This document shows, piece after piece, positions 39,018 through 51,390 of a stretch of DNA of 64,000 nucleotides. The DNA lies in contig NC_043003.1 in assembly GCF_006345805.1 (NCBI RefSeq), forward strand, positions 106,764,001 to 106,828,000. The letters are read 5' to 3'. The number at the start of each line of letters is the position of its first letter. Position 1 is the stretch's first letter. The notes below the pieces were generated by a model. That model was not told where the DNA came from. It saw nothing but the letters and a program-made list of their open reading frames with translations, and did not search any database. The translations under genes and the position numbers were made by a program. The stretch comes from Octopus sinensis (lineage: Eukaryota).

Positions 39018-39500
39018 ATTGTAGTTAGGCCAAACTCTAGTAACTGTAATGTAGAATCCAAGAGGAGCATAATGGAGAGCATCCAGCATACAGCTATCTC
39101 CATCCACCAAAGTATAAAGCTAACCATAGATTACCCCACCAGGCACCCTAACAAGAGACTCCCTGTCCTTGATACTGCACTTTGGTTAGAGACTGTGAAC
39201 AACAGAGTGCCGCTCCTCCATTCCTATTACATGAAATCCATTGTTTCTAAATACGTTGTTCACAAGAACTCAGCTTTGTCACACAACATGAAAATCAACA
39301 GACTGATAGCAGACTTAGTTAGGAAAATTAACAACGTGTCCCCCCAACCCACCACCACTATGCGAACCCTATGAAACAATGAAACATGTGTGGAACTTCA
39401 TGCACCGCATGCAATTCTCTGGATATGACCAGAAAGATAGGGTTCGGGTATACAGGGGAGATAGAAAGAAGTTAGATAGCATTATACGTAATAGAATCCA
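39018..39500 (+). mobile_element. Penelope-like element reverse-transcriptase fragment (Neptune-like)
   Basis: SIHQSIKLTIDYPTRHPNKRLPVLDTALW...SYYMKSIVSKYVVHKNSAL...MHRMQFSGYDQKDR matches my recollection of PLE RT C-terminal/thumb motifs (DYP..LPxLD, SAL, QxSGY). Not verified by search. Confidence 0.7.
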
Positions 39501-39676
39501 CTTCATGCTTGTAAGATTCACTACATATATATATATATGTAGCCATAGGAGGTTATTTAGATGGCCAATCATAGTGTGACCAATGATTTCACATCATTAC
39601 TGGTCTAATTTTCAGAATATACTTCTTTTTCAGATATATGATCCACTGATGGTGATGATGATGATGATGATATATA

Positions 39677-39983
39677 TCTTTATATATAAAATTGAAGTTG
39701 TGTGTGTGAGACTCTGTCTCCTCCGATTTAGATTCCTAACTACTCCCACATTTTGCGGTGCAGTTTAACCAAAAGCGGGTATCTTATAGTCGTGATTCAT
39801 ATTGAGCCCTTCTGGGTATTAGCGCACGTCTACGATGAGTCTACGATTTAAAAAAAAATTTACCAGCATTTTTCCGCATTTTTAATGATTTTTGCTTGGG
39901 TTATATAAGGGAAGTAATTCTCTAAAAATGCTTATATAGTTATTTTCCTTACAAACCCGAGCAACGCTGGGCGATACTGCTAG
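39677..39983 (+). mobile_element. Helitron family E, internally deleted
   Basis: A|TC start, CCCGAGCAACGCTGGG hairpin, CTAG|T end; lacks the segment between two CTCTAAAAAT repeats. Confidence 0.85.
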
Positions 39984-40402
39984 TATGTATATATATATAT
40001 ATATATAATTTATATATAGAGGGCATTATTACACATACATGCCACACGCTAAGAGGGACATTAGTCATTTCTACCAAAAAATTTTACTAATCATACCCAA
40101 TGCAATTTTTCAAAGCAAAACATTTAAAAAATGAATTTAGTCTTGTATCACCTGTGATTTCGTACTTACTGCAGAATTACGACCGTACTCATCAGCAAGA
40201 CTGATTCTGAACATATCATAAATAAACGACCCCGTACCGCCAAAGCCGAACAGCTATCTGCTCAACTCCAACGAAGCACATGGGGAAGTTTACATATAAT
40301 ACATCCGGTAAATGGCAGGCTTCTTCGAATTGCATTTCGAGTAGGAAAAGTTTTTTCGGAATAAAATTATTTAAGAATTTATCCTTAATTGTTAAATAAT
40401 TT

Positions 40403-40437
<35 letters not shown>

Positions 40438-40785
40438 GTGCGCAGTGGGCTTCTTTCAGTTTCCGTCTATTGAATCCACTGACACGGCTTTGGTCAGCCC
40501 ATGGCTATATTTGAAGACACTTCTCCAAGGTGCCACACAGTGGGACTGAACCTGGAACGATGTTGTTGGGAAACAGACATCTTACCACATAGCCATCCCT
40601 GCACCTATATATATATATATTATATATATATATTATATATATATATACTCACACACATGCATTGCAGATTGTATGTGTGTATGAATGTGCATATATATAT
40701 ATATGTAGACAAGAGTATGTGTGTATGTTGTTGTTATTCTGTTTGAAGTTACAATTCTAATAATCAATGCATGCATCTATGCATA

Positions 40786-40852
<67 letters not shown>

Positions 40853-40979
40853 ACAAATTCTGTATGAAGAGAGATTAATTGTTTTTTTTCCTGAATTTTT
40901 CATCAAAAGATCCTCTTCTCAAAGAACAATCAGTGAACCGTGACCTTGGTGATGATTTATACAGATCAGCTTCTTCATA

Positions 40980-41060
40980 ACCACCAAATAAAGATAAAAA
41001 GAAAGAGCAGCGACCACAACCACCACAACCTCCACCACCCTTACCATTCTTCTCTTCTAT

Positions 41061-41096
<36 letters not shown>

Positions 41097-41245
41097 GTTG
41101 TCGTCCTCGTCGTCGTCGTCGTTGTCGTTGTCATCATCATCATCATCATCGTCATCGTCATCATTGTCGTCATCATCATCATCATCATCATCCTCGTCAT
41201 CATTGTCGTCATCATCATCATCGTCGTCGTCATCTTTGTGGTCAT
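40980..41245. repeat. (CAT/CGT)n tract
   Basis: Read directly from sequence. Similar tracts lie at 14275-14455, 30315-30520, 41660-41770, 44400-44900 and 48630-48960. Confidence 0.9.
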
Positions 41246-41677
41246 CCTTTTCTTTTTTCCATGTCACTTATCAGATTGTTAAATTATCGAACGAAAAAAT
41301 AATCCCAAATCAGTCAATTAAAACATCGTTGACATTAAATATTTTAGCATTAATTATCATCGATTGGGCTTATAGCTAATTTATGATGGTTAGTTTATGT
41401 GAGGAGGGTGGGGATGTTTTCAATTTAATCAACTGTGATAGTTCTACGCAAGAAGAAAAGTAAAACACACTCCAGCAGGAATTGAACTCAGACCATCGAG
41501 GTCTGAAACAAAGATATCATAAGTTGACAATTGTACGTTGCTCTCAACTCTCCAGAATATGACAAGGAAGTCCAAGCTAACCAGAGAGAGACTCACTCTG
41601 ATTACTTGACCTGCTGGAGAGGATACAACAGCCAAATCTCTCTCAAATCACATTTAGCATCATCACCACCATCATCT

Positions 41678-41708
<31 letters not shown>

Positions 41709-41865
41709 CATCGTCATCATCATCATCATCATCATCACCACCACCACCACCACCACCATCATCATCATCATATAACTTCCATTTACCATGCTGGCATGGG
41801 TTGGACCGTTCGACAGGTGCTAGCAAGGTTGGTAGCCACACCAGGTTCCATTGTCTGTTTATATA

Positions 41866-42947
41866 TCTTTATATATATAAAACTGAGAATGTGTGTGTGT
41901 GTCTGTCTGTCTGTCTGTCTGTCTGTCTAAAACTTGAGAACTACACAATTTTGAACTTTTTGCCCAGGGCGAGCCCACAGCAATATCATATCTTCTCCAC
42001 TACGATTCCCTAAAACTTGAGAACTACACAACCAATTCCATTCAAATTTTACACATGCCTTACTTAGGGTCCATGTAGTTTCATGGGCCAAAAAAATGTT
42101 CAACTTCTTGCCTAGAACGAGCCCATAGCAATATCATATCTTCTCCACTATTTCAGTATTACGTGTTAAAAGTGAAACAAAAACATTTCTCTATTTTATG
42201 TCAGATACTTTCACTTTAACAATAAAAATAATAATAACAATTGAATTATATGTAGTAAGTAATAATTAAAATCAAACTAAAGTAACATGACAAAAGTAAA
42301 AATAGCAATTGGTATAAAATTGCATCAATGATTTGAACTTGAATAAGTGGTTTCACATGAATGGGAATAAATTAAAAATAAGATTAGCATGCAGAAATGG
42401 AATAGTCCAGATGGATAATAAAAAATTAAATTAAAGAAAAGACTATTGTCTATAAAGTATACAATGTAGAGAAAAAAGAAGATTTGAACACACCTTCGAA
42501 AAGTGTCTTGGTGTGACTATGAAAGGTAAATTCGCCACAATAGAAGCAAGGTTCGAGTCAACAGGCGTGCAAGGGAGTACTCCACTCGAACTTGCAAAGT
42601 GGAAATATTTTATTTTTACCTTTATATCTGGGACGTAGGACATCCCGGAAAAAAATTTAAAATGCCCACCCCCCAGAAGTAGAGGTAGGCTGGATTGTAG
42701 CCGCACTTCTATACAAGAGGGAGGACAAGATACAATTGATCGAAATTGCAAGAGACAGGCTTACAATTCCAGTCTGTTATATATTTGGAGTATTGTTATC
42801 ACTAGCGATATCAAGATATAACTTTGTATTTTGTATTTTATGTGTAGATGTATATATATAGATGTACATGTAATATGTACACATATATATACATGTATAT
42901 ACATGCACTAGCACTATGACCCGACAACGACAGGTCTTTAATGCTAG
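41866..42947 (+). mobile_element. Longer non-autonomous Helitron (second family)
   Basis: A|TCTTTATATATATAAAA start with (TGTC)n; 3' GACCCGACAACGACAGGTC degenerate hairpin, then CTAG|T at 42944-42948. Confidence 0.65.
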
Positions 42948-43233
42948 TATATATATATATATTACACACACAGTTTATAGCTGTTCCTGTTGATGTCGTT
43001 CAAAAGAACTGCTAACCAAGCCTAAAGCACAGCTGCAAGATCAAGGCATGTTAAAGGCCAACTTAATTGCAAGCTGATCTGACCGATGCCTCCATAAGAC
43101 ACTCACGTGTGCAAGCATGTGTGCGTGTGCGTGCATGATATATATATTACATTTATAACAACCTGCATATAGCTGTGCTGATCTTTAGGGTAAATGTATT
43201 GCAGGCTGCAAGTAATTGTTTAAATAAGAAGAC

Positions 43234-43271
<38 letters not shown>

Positions 43272-43464
43272 TCTCCCTCACTCTGTATATATATATACGT
43301 GTATGTCTCTGAGTGTGTGTGTGTGTGTGTATGTATGTATATGCATATGTGCGTGCGTGTATATGTGTACAGATATGTGTGAATATATATATATATATAT
43401 TTACGTACGTATGTATGTATATGCACATGTGTGTGTGTATGTATATGTGTGTATGTGTGTGTGC

Positions 43465-43508
<44 letters not shown>

Positions 43509-44637
43509 CCTTCAATCCCGAAAACAAATTCTCCAATATTTTTCCCTGCATGGCAATTCACTTCTCTCCACACACACACACATATGTGTAGAGAAGTGAA
43601 TTGTCATATGTATATATGCATGTATATATGCATATATATATATATGTATGCATATATATATATATATATATGCATATCTGTGCGTACAATTTATAATGTC
43701 TATTCTTGAGATTTGCAAAGTGTTTCAGCACCACTGTACAATATGAAAATGTATTCAACAATGCTGAACAAACAACACACACACACGCACACACTTAGAT
43801 TTGAACACGCTCTCATACAGCAAGCTTAGACCTCGCCCGTGTTCTTTGCATTTCAGTATTTCTGATAAGTCACATAACGTAGACACAAAATAGAGGATAA
43901 CATTCCGGTTCGCATGTTTGGTTGAATGGTAAGAAAGACAAATAAATGGTAGAGAGAAAGCATGAAAGAAAGTCTTTGAAAAGACGAATTATTTGTCAAC
44001 TCGTGTCTGGCCAAACACAGAGATAAGCTTAGTAATATCCAATCCTTCGTAGTTTATCAGCCATAACAGCATACTATCTCATACATAATCATTTGATATC
44101 TTGTGGTTTCATATATACATATAATGTATCATTCTAGTATCATTACAGATAATTGATGATTGTTAAAGCAATTCAGAATTTAATTAATATTAATGAGAGA
44201 CTCATAAAATGCTGCTAAATTTAATAGCGGCTGAACGTAGTTATTATAGACTGTAAGAAGATTCCTACTGTTTCCAATGGTTTCCATCAGGTTGTCTGTC
44301 TTTATAGAAGGTGGTGCTGGGGGTGGGTGGAGGTGGGTGGGGGTGTTGAATAAAAAAAAACTGTCCACTGAATTGTACAAATTATTGTCAGCATCACTGT
44401 TACTATCGTCGTCGTCATCATCATCATCATCGCTGTCATCGTTGACATTATTGCCATCATCATCATTACCACCATTGTTATCATCATCATCATCATTATC
44501 ATCATCACCATCATGATCATCACCATCATCACCATCATCATCATCATCATCATTATAATCATCATCATCATCAAATCATAATCATCAAAGTCGTCGTCGT
44601 CGTCATCATCATCATCATCACCATCATCATCGTCATT

Positions 44638-44669
<32 letters not shown>

Positions 44670-45461
44670 AATCATCATCATTATAATCATCATCATCATA
44701 ATCATAATCATCAAAGTCGTTGTCGTCGTCATCATCACCACTATCATCATCATCATCATTATCCTCCTCCTCCTCCTCATCATCATCGTCATCATCATAT
44801 CATCATCATGACCATCATCATCATGATCATTATCCTCCTCCTCCTTCTCCTCCTCCTCCTCTCATCATCATCACCGTCATCATCATAATCATCATCCTGA
44901 CCATCATTTTAACACCCATGTTCCATGCTGGCATGAACTGAATGGTTTGTCAGGATCTGATGGGCCTCCATCAACCGTATCATCATCCAATCCTCAGGGT
45001 TTCTACACATTGATGCCCTTCCTAACGTCAACCACTTTACAACATTTATTCAGAGCTTTTTCTTTTGTGCCACTAGCATTTGAGAGGCTGCCATGCAGCG
45101 TTCAAGATTATGGGCTCCAATTAGGGAGAAGGGACCTTTATGCTAGGAGAAGAAAGGATAGAGCAGGGGTAAGACATGAGAGAAAGGCCCAGAGCAGAAG
45201 CAGAATGGGTTTCTTGCTGTAGAGAAGTGACATGACTACTCACATTTTAGAAGAGCAGATGGATTGGTGAAGGTGGAAAAATGGTAAAATAGGGGTGACG
45301 AAGCATCAGAGTTGGGCTTCAAGGTATGAGGTGGGTAGGAATAAGTGGGGCACCAAGAGTGGGGGGGGAGTGAGGAGAGGATGTCAGATAGCATGGGGCA
45401 GCAGAACAGAAATGATGATGAAGTAACCAGGGGCATATTTTAAAACTGTGACAAATGTTCT

Positions 45462-45623
45462 ATTCATTATTTACATTATTTACATTATTTACATTTGACA
45501 GATATTTGTCCTCATCTTGTTTGTTGTTAACACAACGTTTCAGCTGATATACCCTCCAACCTTCATCAGGTGTCTTGGGGAAATTTCGAACCCGGGTTCT
45601 CATTCCTAAGGTATTTTTCAATG
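45462..45623 (-). mobile_element. Penelope-type hammerhead tail of the tRNA-headed element
   Basis: Reverse complement of 61195-61340. Confidence 0.85.
45530..45573 (-). ncRNA. Minimal type I hammerhead ribozyme motif (best-preserved copy)
   Basis: ACAC CUGAUGA A GGUUG GAGGGUAUAU CAGCU GAAA CG UU GUGU: stem I ACAC/GUGU, stem II fully paired with wobbles, palindromic ACGU helix III. Activity untested. Confidence 0.65.
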
Positions 45624-45643
45624 TTATTATTATTATTATTATT

Positions 45644-46213
45644 GAGTGAGAGAGCAGTGCATGCCATCAAAGTGACACTGGGGTAAAATATATGAAGCCC
45701 AGTATACCCATCATGACTACCCATCTGATAAGAGTACTCCAGGCACATGCATCACAACCATATGTGCACGACATGGTGATCTCATATCAAGATAAACAGT
45801 GCATGACCTTGCAGGTGGAGCCCAGTTAGAATTTTCTTCTAGTCAACATATCGCCAAATGTCTACCTTTTCTTCTGCTCAAAAGGTCCCTGAATAAGGAT
45901 TGTTTAAGGATGTTGAATGAACCACCCATGTTTCCAAAGGTGAATTATCCAAACCTTCAAGAATTCCTTTCAACACATGGCTATGATGCTCCCCCACTAC
46001 TTCTGCTCGTGATCAGAGATGCACATATCGTCAGCCACAAGGGACATGCTCAACTGGTTACGGTCAAACAACTGACAAGCAAATCTGTGGTATTGAGCAG
46101 AATATTTGCTGTAGCCCATCTTTTATACCAAGACAAAACAATGTACATGATAACACTCCCAATCAGTTAAGATCAAAACCCTTGAGAGCCACTGCCTGGT
46201 ACTGCATCAGGGC
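45644..46213 (-). mobile_element. ORF-less 570-bp repeat (family F) flanked by (AAT)n
   Basis: Reverse complement of 57141-57622, with about 70 bp extra at the 5' end; TAA tracts on both sides. Confidence 0.8.
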
Positions 46214-46230
46214 ATTTATTATTATTATTA

Positions 46231-48007
46231 GTATTCTATGTTTGACTTTTACTTTATATTTGTACAAGTTGGCTCCAAGTCTCACCCAGAGACCTCAAGA
46301 GACAACAGGTTGGAAGTTCATGTTGTTGTTATGCCTAGTGTACCATATATTTGGTTTTGTATTTAGTGTTGTACTAGTGAATGTCTAAAAAAAAAAAAAG
46401 AAACATACGAAAATTATGTTTGTTTTAAAATTTGAGATTACATAGAAAGTATTTTGTGTAGGATATGAGCAGTTCCCATGAGCACTATCTTTTGAATTTC
46501 TGCCATTTTGGGGTTTCCTGGTATCTGAGTTAGGTAGCAATCAGCCCCTTTTGCTATCATTCCCAGGGCACCTATGACAACAGGTATTGTTTTAGTCTTC
46601 AGCTTCCACATTTTGCTGATTTCTATTTCAAGATCTTTATATTTGCTCAGTTTTTGGTAGGTCTTGACAGATACGTTTATATCGATTGGTACAGTCATAT
46701 CAATGAGGAGGCATGTTCTTTGTCTGAAGTCTTTCAATATGATGCCTGGCCTATTCACATCTATCTTTCTGTCAGTTTGAAAGGGGAAGTTCCAGAGGAG
46801 TGAGATGTGGTCATTTTCAAGCACTGGAGGTGGATTGTGTTCCCACCAGTTTTTTTCATGGGGCAAATCCAGGCTTTTGCAAATTACCCAGTGAATATAT
46901 TGTGCAGCTCTATCATGCCTGTTGAGATACTCTGTAGGCATAAGAAGACTGCACTTGGAGACAACATGATCAATGGTTTCATTTTGTTGTTGACATACAC
47001 GACATGTTGGGCTACTGCCGTTCTTTAATATGTTGGCCTGGTAGTTCCTTGTTGGTAGGCATTGATCTTGAGCTGCTATGATAAACCCTTCTGTTTCAGA
47101 TTTTAAGCCAGAGGCCATTAGCCATTGATGGATCAGGGCTTTGTCAACATCTGCATTATTCGCTCTCTTTGGATATTTGCCATTGAGAGGTTTTTCTTGC
47201 CATTTATCATTCAGAATATCTAAGGCAGCAGTTTTAGCACGGGTTTTCATGCGCCTAGCTTTTTCTATGCTTGTTTCTTGTATGTCTAATTCCGAAATTT
47301 GTCGTATTCGGAATTCACTTAGATATTCCTTTGCCTGTTTTGTTACTGAGTATCATGCTTTCTTGTTTTCATGTTTTGAGACAAGTTTTTAACATCCAGT
47401 CCTCAGAGTTTTTCAGGTAGGTGTCTAGGCCAATTGTAGCAATCTTCATTGTTATTGCCAGTTGTAAAAGTCCACGACCTCCCTCTTATCTTGGCAGATA
47501 AAGTCGTTCTATATATGCCTTAAGGTGGTGCATTCTATGCATTGTCAACAGTTTTCGTATTTTTCTGTCAAGATTACATATTTCAGTAATTGACCAGTTA
47601 ACGATATTGAAACTGTAAGTCACGACTGGTATGGCTAAAGCATTGATCGCTTCAATCCTGTTTCTCGCATTCAGCTCTGTCTTGAGTATTGCTCTTACTC
47701 TGCGATAACATTCTTTCCTGATCCTTTCCTTCATCACTGAATGCTTTATTCCATCCCCTTCAATTACCCCTAGGTACTTGTAGCTCTCCGCTGGGTCTAA
47801 TTCTTTTATGACATTCTGCTGGTCAAGGTTAACGTTAGATGTTTCTGTCATTTTTCCTTTGATAAAGGTAGCTTTTGCACATTTCTCGAGGCCAAATTGC
47901 ATTCTGATGTCATCACTGAATTATTTAACAATCGCTAGTAAGCCCTTGAGTTGTTGGTCATTTTTTTTCAAAGAGCTTTAAATCATCCATGTAAATGATA
48001 TGATTTA

Positions 48008-48008
<1 letters not shown>
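46231..48008 (-). mobile_element. R4/Dong-like RLE non-LTR retrotransposon, 5'-truncated at the YMDD motif
   Basis: INHIIYMDDLKL...MQFGLEKC...YKYLG, zinc knuckle CRVCQQQNETIDHVVSKC, RLE region NRPG(D)II..LLIDM..K.SKYKDL; (TAA)n at both ends. Confidence 0.9.
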
Positions 48009-48060
<52 letters not shown>

Positions 48061-48064
<4 letters not shown>

Positions 48065-48132
48065 TCATGGCCTGGAATCAAACTCAGAATCTCAGGGTTA
48101 GTAGCCTGCGCTCTTAACCACTATGCTATATG

Positions 48133-48137
<5 letters not shown>
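48061..48137 (-). mobile_element. tRNA-derived head of the hammerhead element
   Basis: Minus strand GGGCATATAGCATAGTGGTTAAGAGCGCAGGCTACTAACCCTGAGATTCTGAGTTTGATTCCAGGCCATGACCTG, with A and B boxes; homologous to 61081-61127. Confidence 0.75.
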
Positions 48138-48219
<82 letters not shown>

Positions 48220-48272
48220 CAACAACATCGAAAAATAGCTTAGGAATGAGAACCATCTCTTAAAAATAGAAC
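48131..48272 (+). mobile_element. Inverted arm of the hammerhead element (ribozyme part deleted)
   Basis: (AAT)n, AACATCGAAAAATAGCTTAGGAATGAGAAC, then CATCTCTTAAAAATAGAAC, matching both ends of 61136-61366. Confidence 0.75.
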
Positions 48273-48546
48273 CAAATGTTATATTCATTTGAAGAATTAA
48301 AGTTCAGAATTCCTGCTTGGTAATGATTATAGCACTAACGATATATCATTGTTAATTGGTGAAGACATTAAATTTGGCTGCATATTCCCACAATAGACAC
48401 CTGTTTCATTAGTTTGCTAGTCTTGAGTTCAACTTCCTTTATGCAAATGTATGGAGGAGGTCAGAAGAGTGAGGCTGGTGGCTCACAGGTCTCATCTCTG
48501 TATTAGTGGAGATGTAAAGTCATTTATGAAACTGATGGTTCATATG

Positions 48547-48578
<32 letters not shown>

Positions 48579-49460
48579 GTTTAATTACAAGTCAGGCACA
48601 TTGAAGTTATTGGAGAGATGGATGTTAAAAGGTAGATGACGATGATGATGATAATGAGGTGGGGGATGAGGACGACGACGATGATGATGATGATGATGAT
48701 GATGACGACGACGACAATGATGACGACGATAACGATAATGATGATGATGATGATAATGTTGACGATGACGATGATGATTAGGTGGGCGATGAGGATGCTG
48801 ATGATGATGCTGATGATGATGGTGATAATAATGATCATGTTGAACATTATGATGATGCAGAAGAGGAGGGGGAAGGGGAAGATGATGATAATGATGATGA
48901 CGACGATGATGATGATGAGGATGAGGATGACTACGAAGAGGAGGAAGAAGAAGATGATTATGTCTGTGTGTGTATATGTGTATGTGTAAGTATACCTCTG
49001 TGTGTGTGCATGTGTGTGTGTGTGTTGATGTTTCATCTAAATTATTGTAAATAGTTTGATAAGAAGTTGTGGACATCAAAGAAATTTGGTGGCAAGGTAC
49101 GAATGTAATTTTAGGAAACAACAAATATGAACTGACCTGAAAATAGCCGTTGGCCGTAATGAGAGGTGAAGGCATATGGACAAGTGGTCAAGACATTGCA
49201 CTCACAATCACAAGATCATTGTTTCAATTCCTTGATTGAGCAGTATTTTGTGTTCTTGAGTGAAACACGTCTTTTCATCTTGGTCCAGTCCACTCAGCTG
49301 TAAATGTGCAACCCTAAAACAGATGAGTGTCTTGCTCAAGGGGAAGGTTGTCATCTCAGTCACTTATACGTCATAGAGACCAGGTAACCAACCTGATGGG
49401 TCCTTAGAACTCAAAACAATACTTAATATATATTCTTTAATACTCCAGGCACAAGGCCCG

Positions 49461-50780
49461 AAATTTTTTGGGTGGGGACCAGTTGATTAGATTGACCCCA
49501 GTACACAACTGCTACTTAATTTATCAACCCCGAGGGGATGAAAGGCAAATCTGAATTCAGAACGTAAAGACAGATGAAATACCACTAAGCATTTTGCCTG
49601 GCGTGCTAACATTTCTGCTTGATCACTGCCTTAAATACTTAATACATATTGAGAGTGCCAGCCCTTCATATATCAACCCCACAACAATAATGGTGATAGC
49701 AATGATGAATTCCAGCACCCATAACAGACAATTCTCTCTCATCTGCTACAATCTTGCACCAAGCACCAATATGAAAGGATCTCTCAAGGCTAATAAAATC
49801 AGTATTAAGTGTCCTAACAAGACACCTACATTAAGTTGGATATAAGGATTTACCTTTTGGTACTACTACTGCTTCTGTCAGTAATAATTAATGAAGATGA
49901 CAGCAATGATGGTTTCTTGAGCCAAAAAGCAACTGGGAATTTCATGAGTAGTTCTTTAAAGTCACTCAATATATTGATTGCTGAAGACAAATCTGTCTCC
50001 AACAAGCTCCCACCAGGCATCGTTGAAAAGATGAGTTAGCTCAAAATGCTATGGTTTTGTGTTGTGATTGTATAATCACAAGAGAAGAATTGGATACAAG
50101 AATTCCTAAGAATTGTTACTTTTATTGACATTGAAAAGGCTTTATGAGTCAACATGAGCCAGGCTTTTTATGGAATAGTCTAAGATTTTAATCACAGATT
50201 CAAGATGGCATGAAATGAGCCAGATTTGTGGAGTTAAGATCACTTAGTTACAGTAGAAATGCTAGATTAAAAAAAATCTGTGGACTAAGAGTTAGTATGA
50301 GATACCCAGTTGCTTTTTGGCTCAAGAAACCATCATTGCTGTCATCTTCATTAATTATTACTGACAGAAGCAGTAGTAGTACCAAAAGGTAATCCTTATA
50401 TCCAACTTAATGTAGGTGTCTTGTTAGGACACTGAATACTGATTTTATTAGCCTTGAGAGATCCTTTCATATTGGTGCTTGGTGCAAGATTGTAGCAGAT
50501 GAGAGAGAATTGTCTGTTATGGGTGCTGGAATTCATCATTGCTGTCACCATTATTGTTGTGGGGATGATATATGAAGGGCTGGTACTCTCAATATGTATT
50601 AAGTATTTAAGGCAGTGATCAAGCAGAAACGTTAGCATGCGGGGCAAAATGCTTAGTGGTATTTCATCTGTCTTTACGTTCTGAGTTCAGATTTGCCTTT
50701 CATCCCCTCGGGGTTGATAAATTTAGTAGCAGTTGTGTACTGGGGTCAATCTAATCAACTGGTCCCCACCCAAAAAATTT
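49461..50780. repeat. Large inverted duplication (arms 49461-49937 and 50305-50780)
   Basis: Arms are near-identical reverse complements (see ORFs 49594+ and 50396-); each contains the same old SINE B copy. Confidence 0.9.
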
Positions 50781-51079
50781 GTGATTCTTTACAAATCAGT
50801 CTGGTAGTTTCTTTTAGGTGCAGTTTAGGATGTCCACCTGCTTAGCAGCTGACCTTGGAGCAGTTTTCCAATGAGGGTCTCAATGTGTTATTCTGTTAAA
50901 AATGAATGACAAACTCTCTCAAATCACACCCTGCCATTAAAAAAAAAAAATTAGTGATGGCTGAAATGTCTTCATGGTCCACATGATTAGGCTTGGACTA
51001 GATCTAAACACAGCACATGGTTTCTTTCTGACTATTCCAGATCATCTTCAAAATGGTTATGTTATTAATTGTCATTTCG

Positions 51080-51388
51080 AAGATTATGACATCATTTCTC
51101 AGTTCAGTTTCTCCTCTACTCCTGACCACATTGGACAGCAAGTTGAAGCCACTGGTTTCTGTTGGCTGCAGTTTTCACTACACCTGGCCATGTCAGTTAT
51201 GAATGTTCTGCACCATGTAGTTTTTCGGCCTTTCTCTCCATTTTCCTTCTGTTGGTGTCCCCTTGAAAGCTATTTCAGAACGGCATTATTTTCAAAACTG
51301 GCATATCTGACCAGCTAGTTTTCCATTTTGTCTTGGTGCTCTTTAGAATATCTTCGTTGGTCTTGTGTGTACAGTCTTAGAATTCTCA
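51080..51388 (-). mobile_element. Degenerate RTE-like LINE 3' remnant
   Basis: Minus strand MRILRL..TNEDILK..EGKWRERP resembles RTE C-terminal motifs. Confidence 0.4.
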
Positions 51389-51390
51389 TA

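Noticed and set aside
40885-40980. Possible terminal exon (DPLLKEQSVNRDLGDDLYRSASS* followed by AATAAA)
   Set aside because: Short, weak acceptor, no recognisable homology and no upstream exons identified.
46150-46213. HDV-like ribozyme at the 5' end of family F
   Set aside because: Only an imperfect P1 can be drawn; no P3/L3/P1.1 geometry.
48061-48137. Possible tRNA gene (apparent anticodon ACT)
   Set aside because: The acceptor stem does not close and there is no long variable arm for Ser; it is embedded in a repeat and the second copy is internally deleted. Treated as a SINE head, as are the heads of families A, B, D and J.
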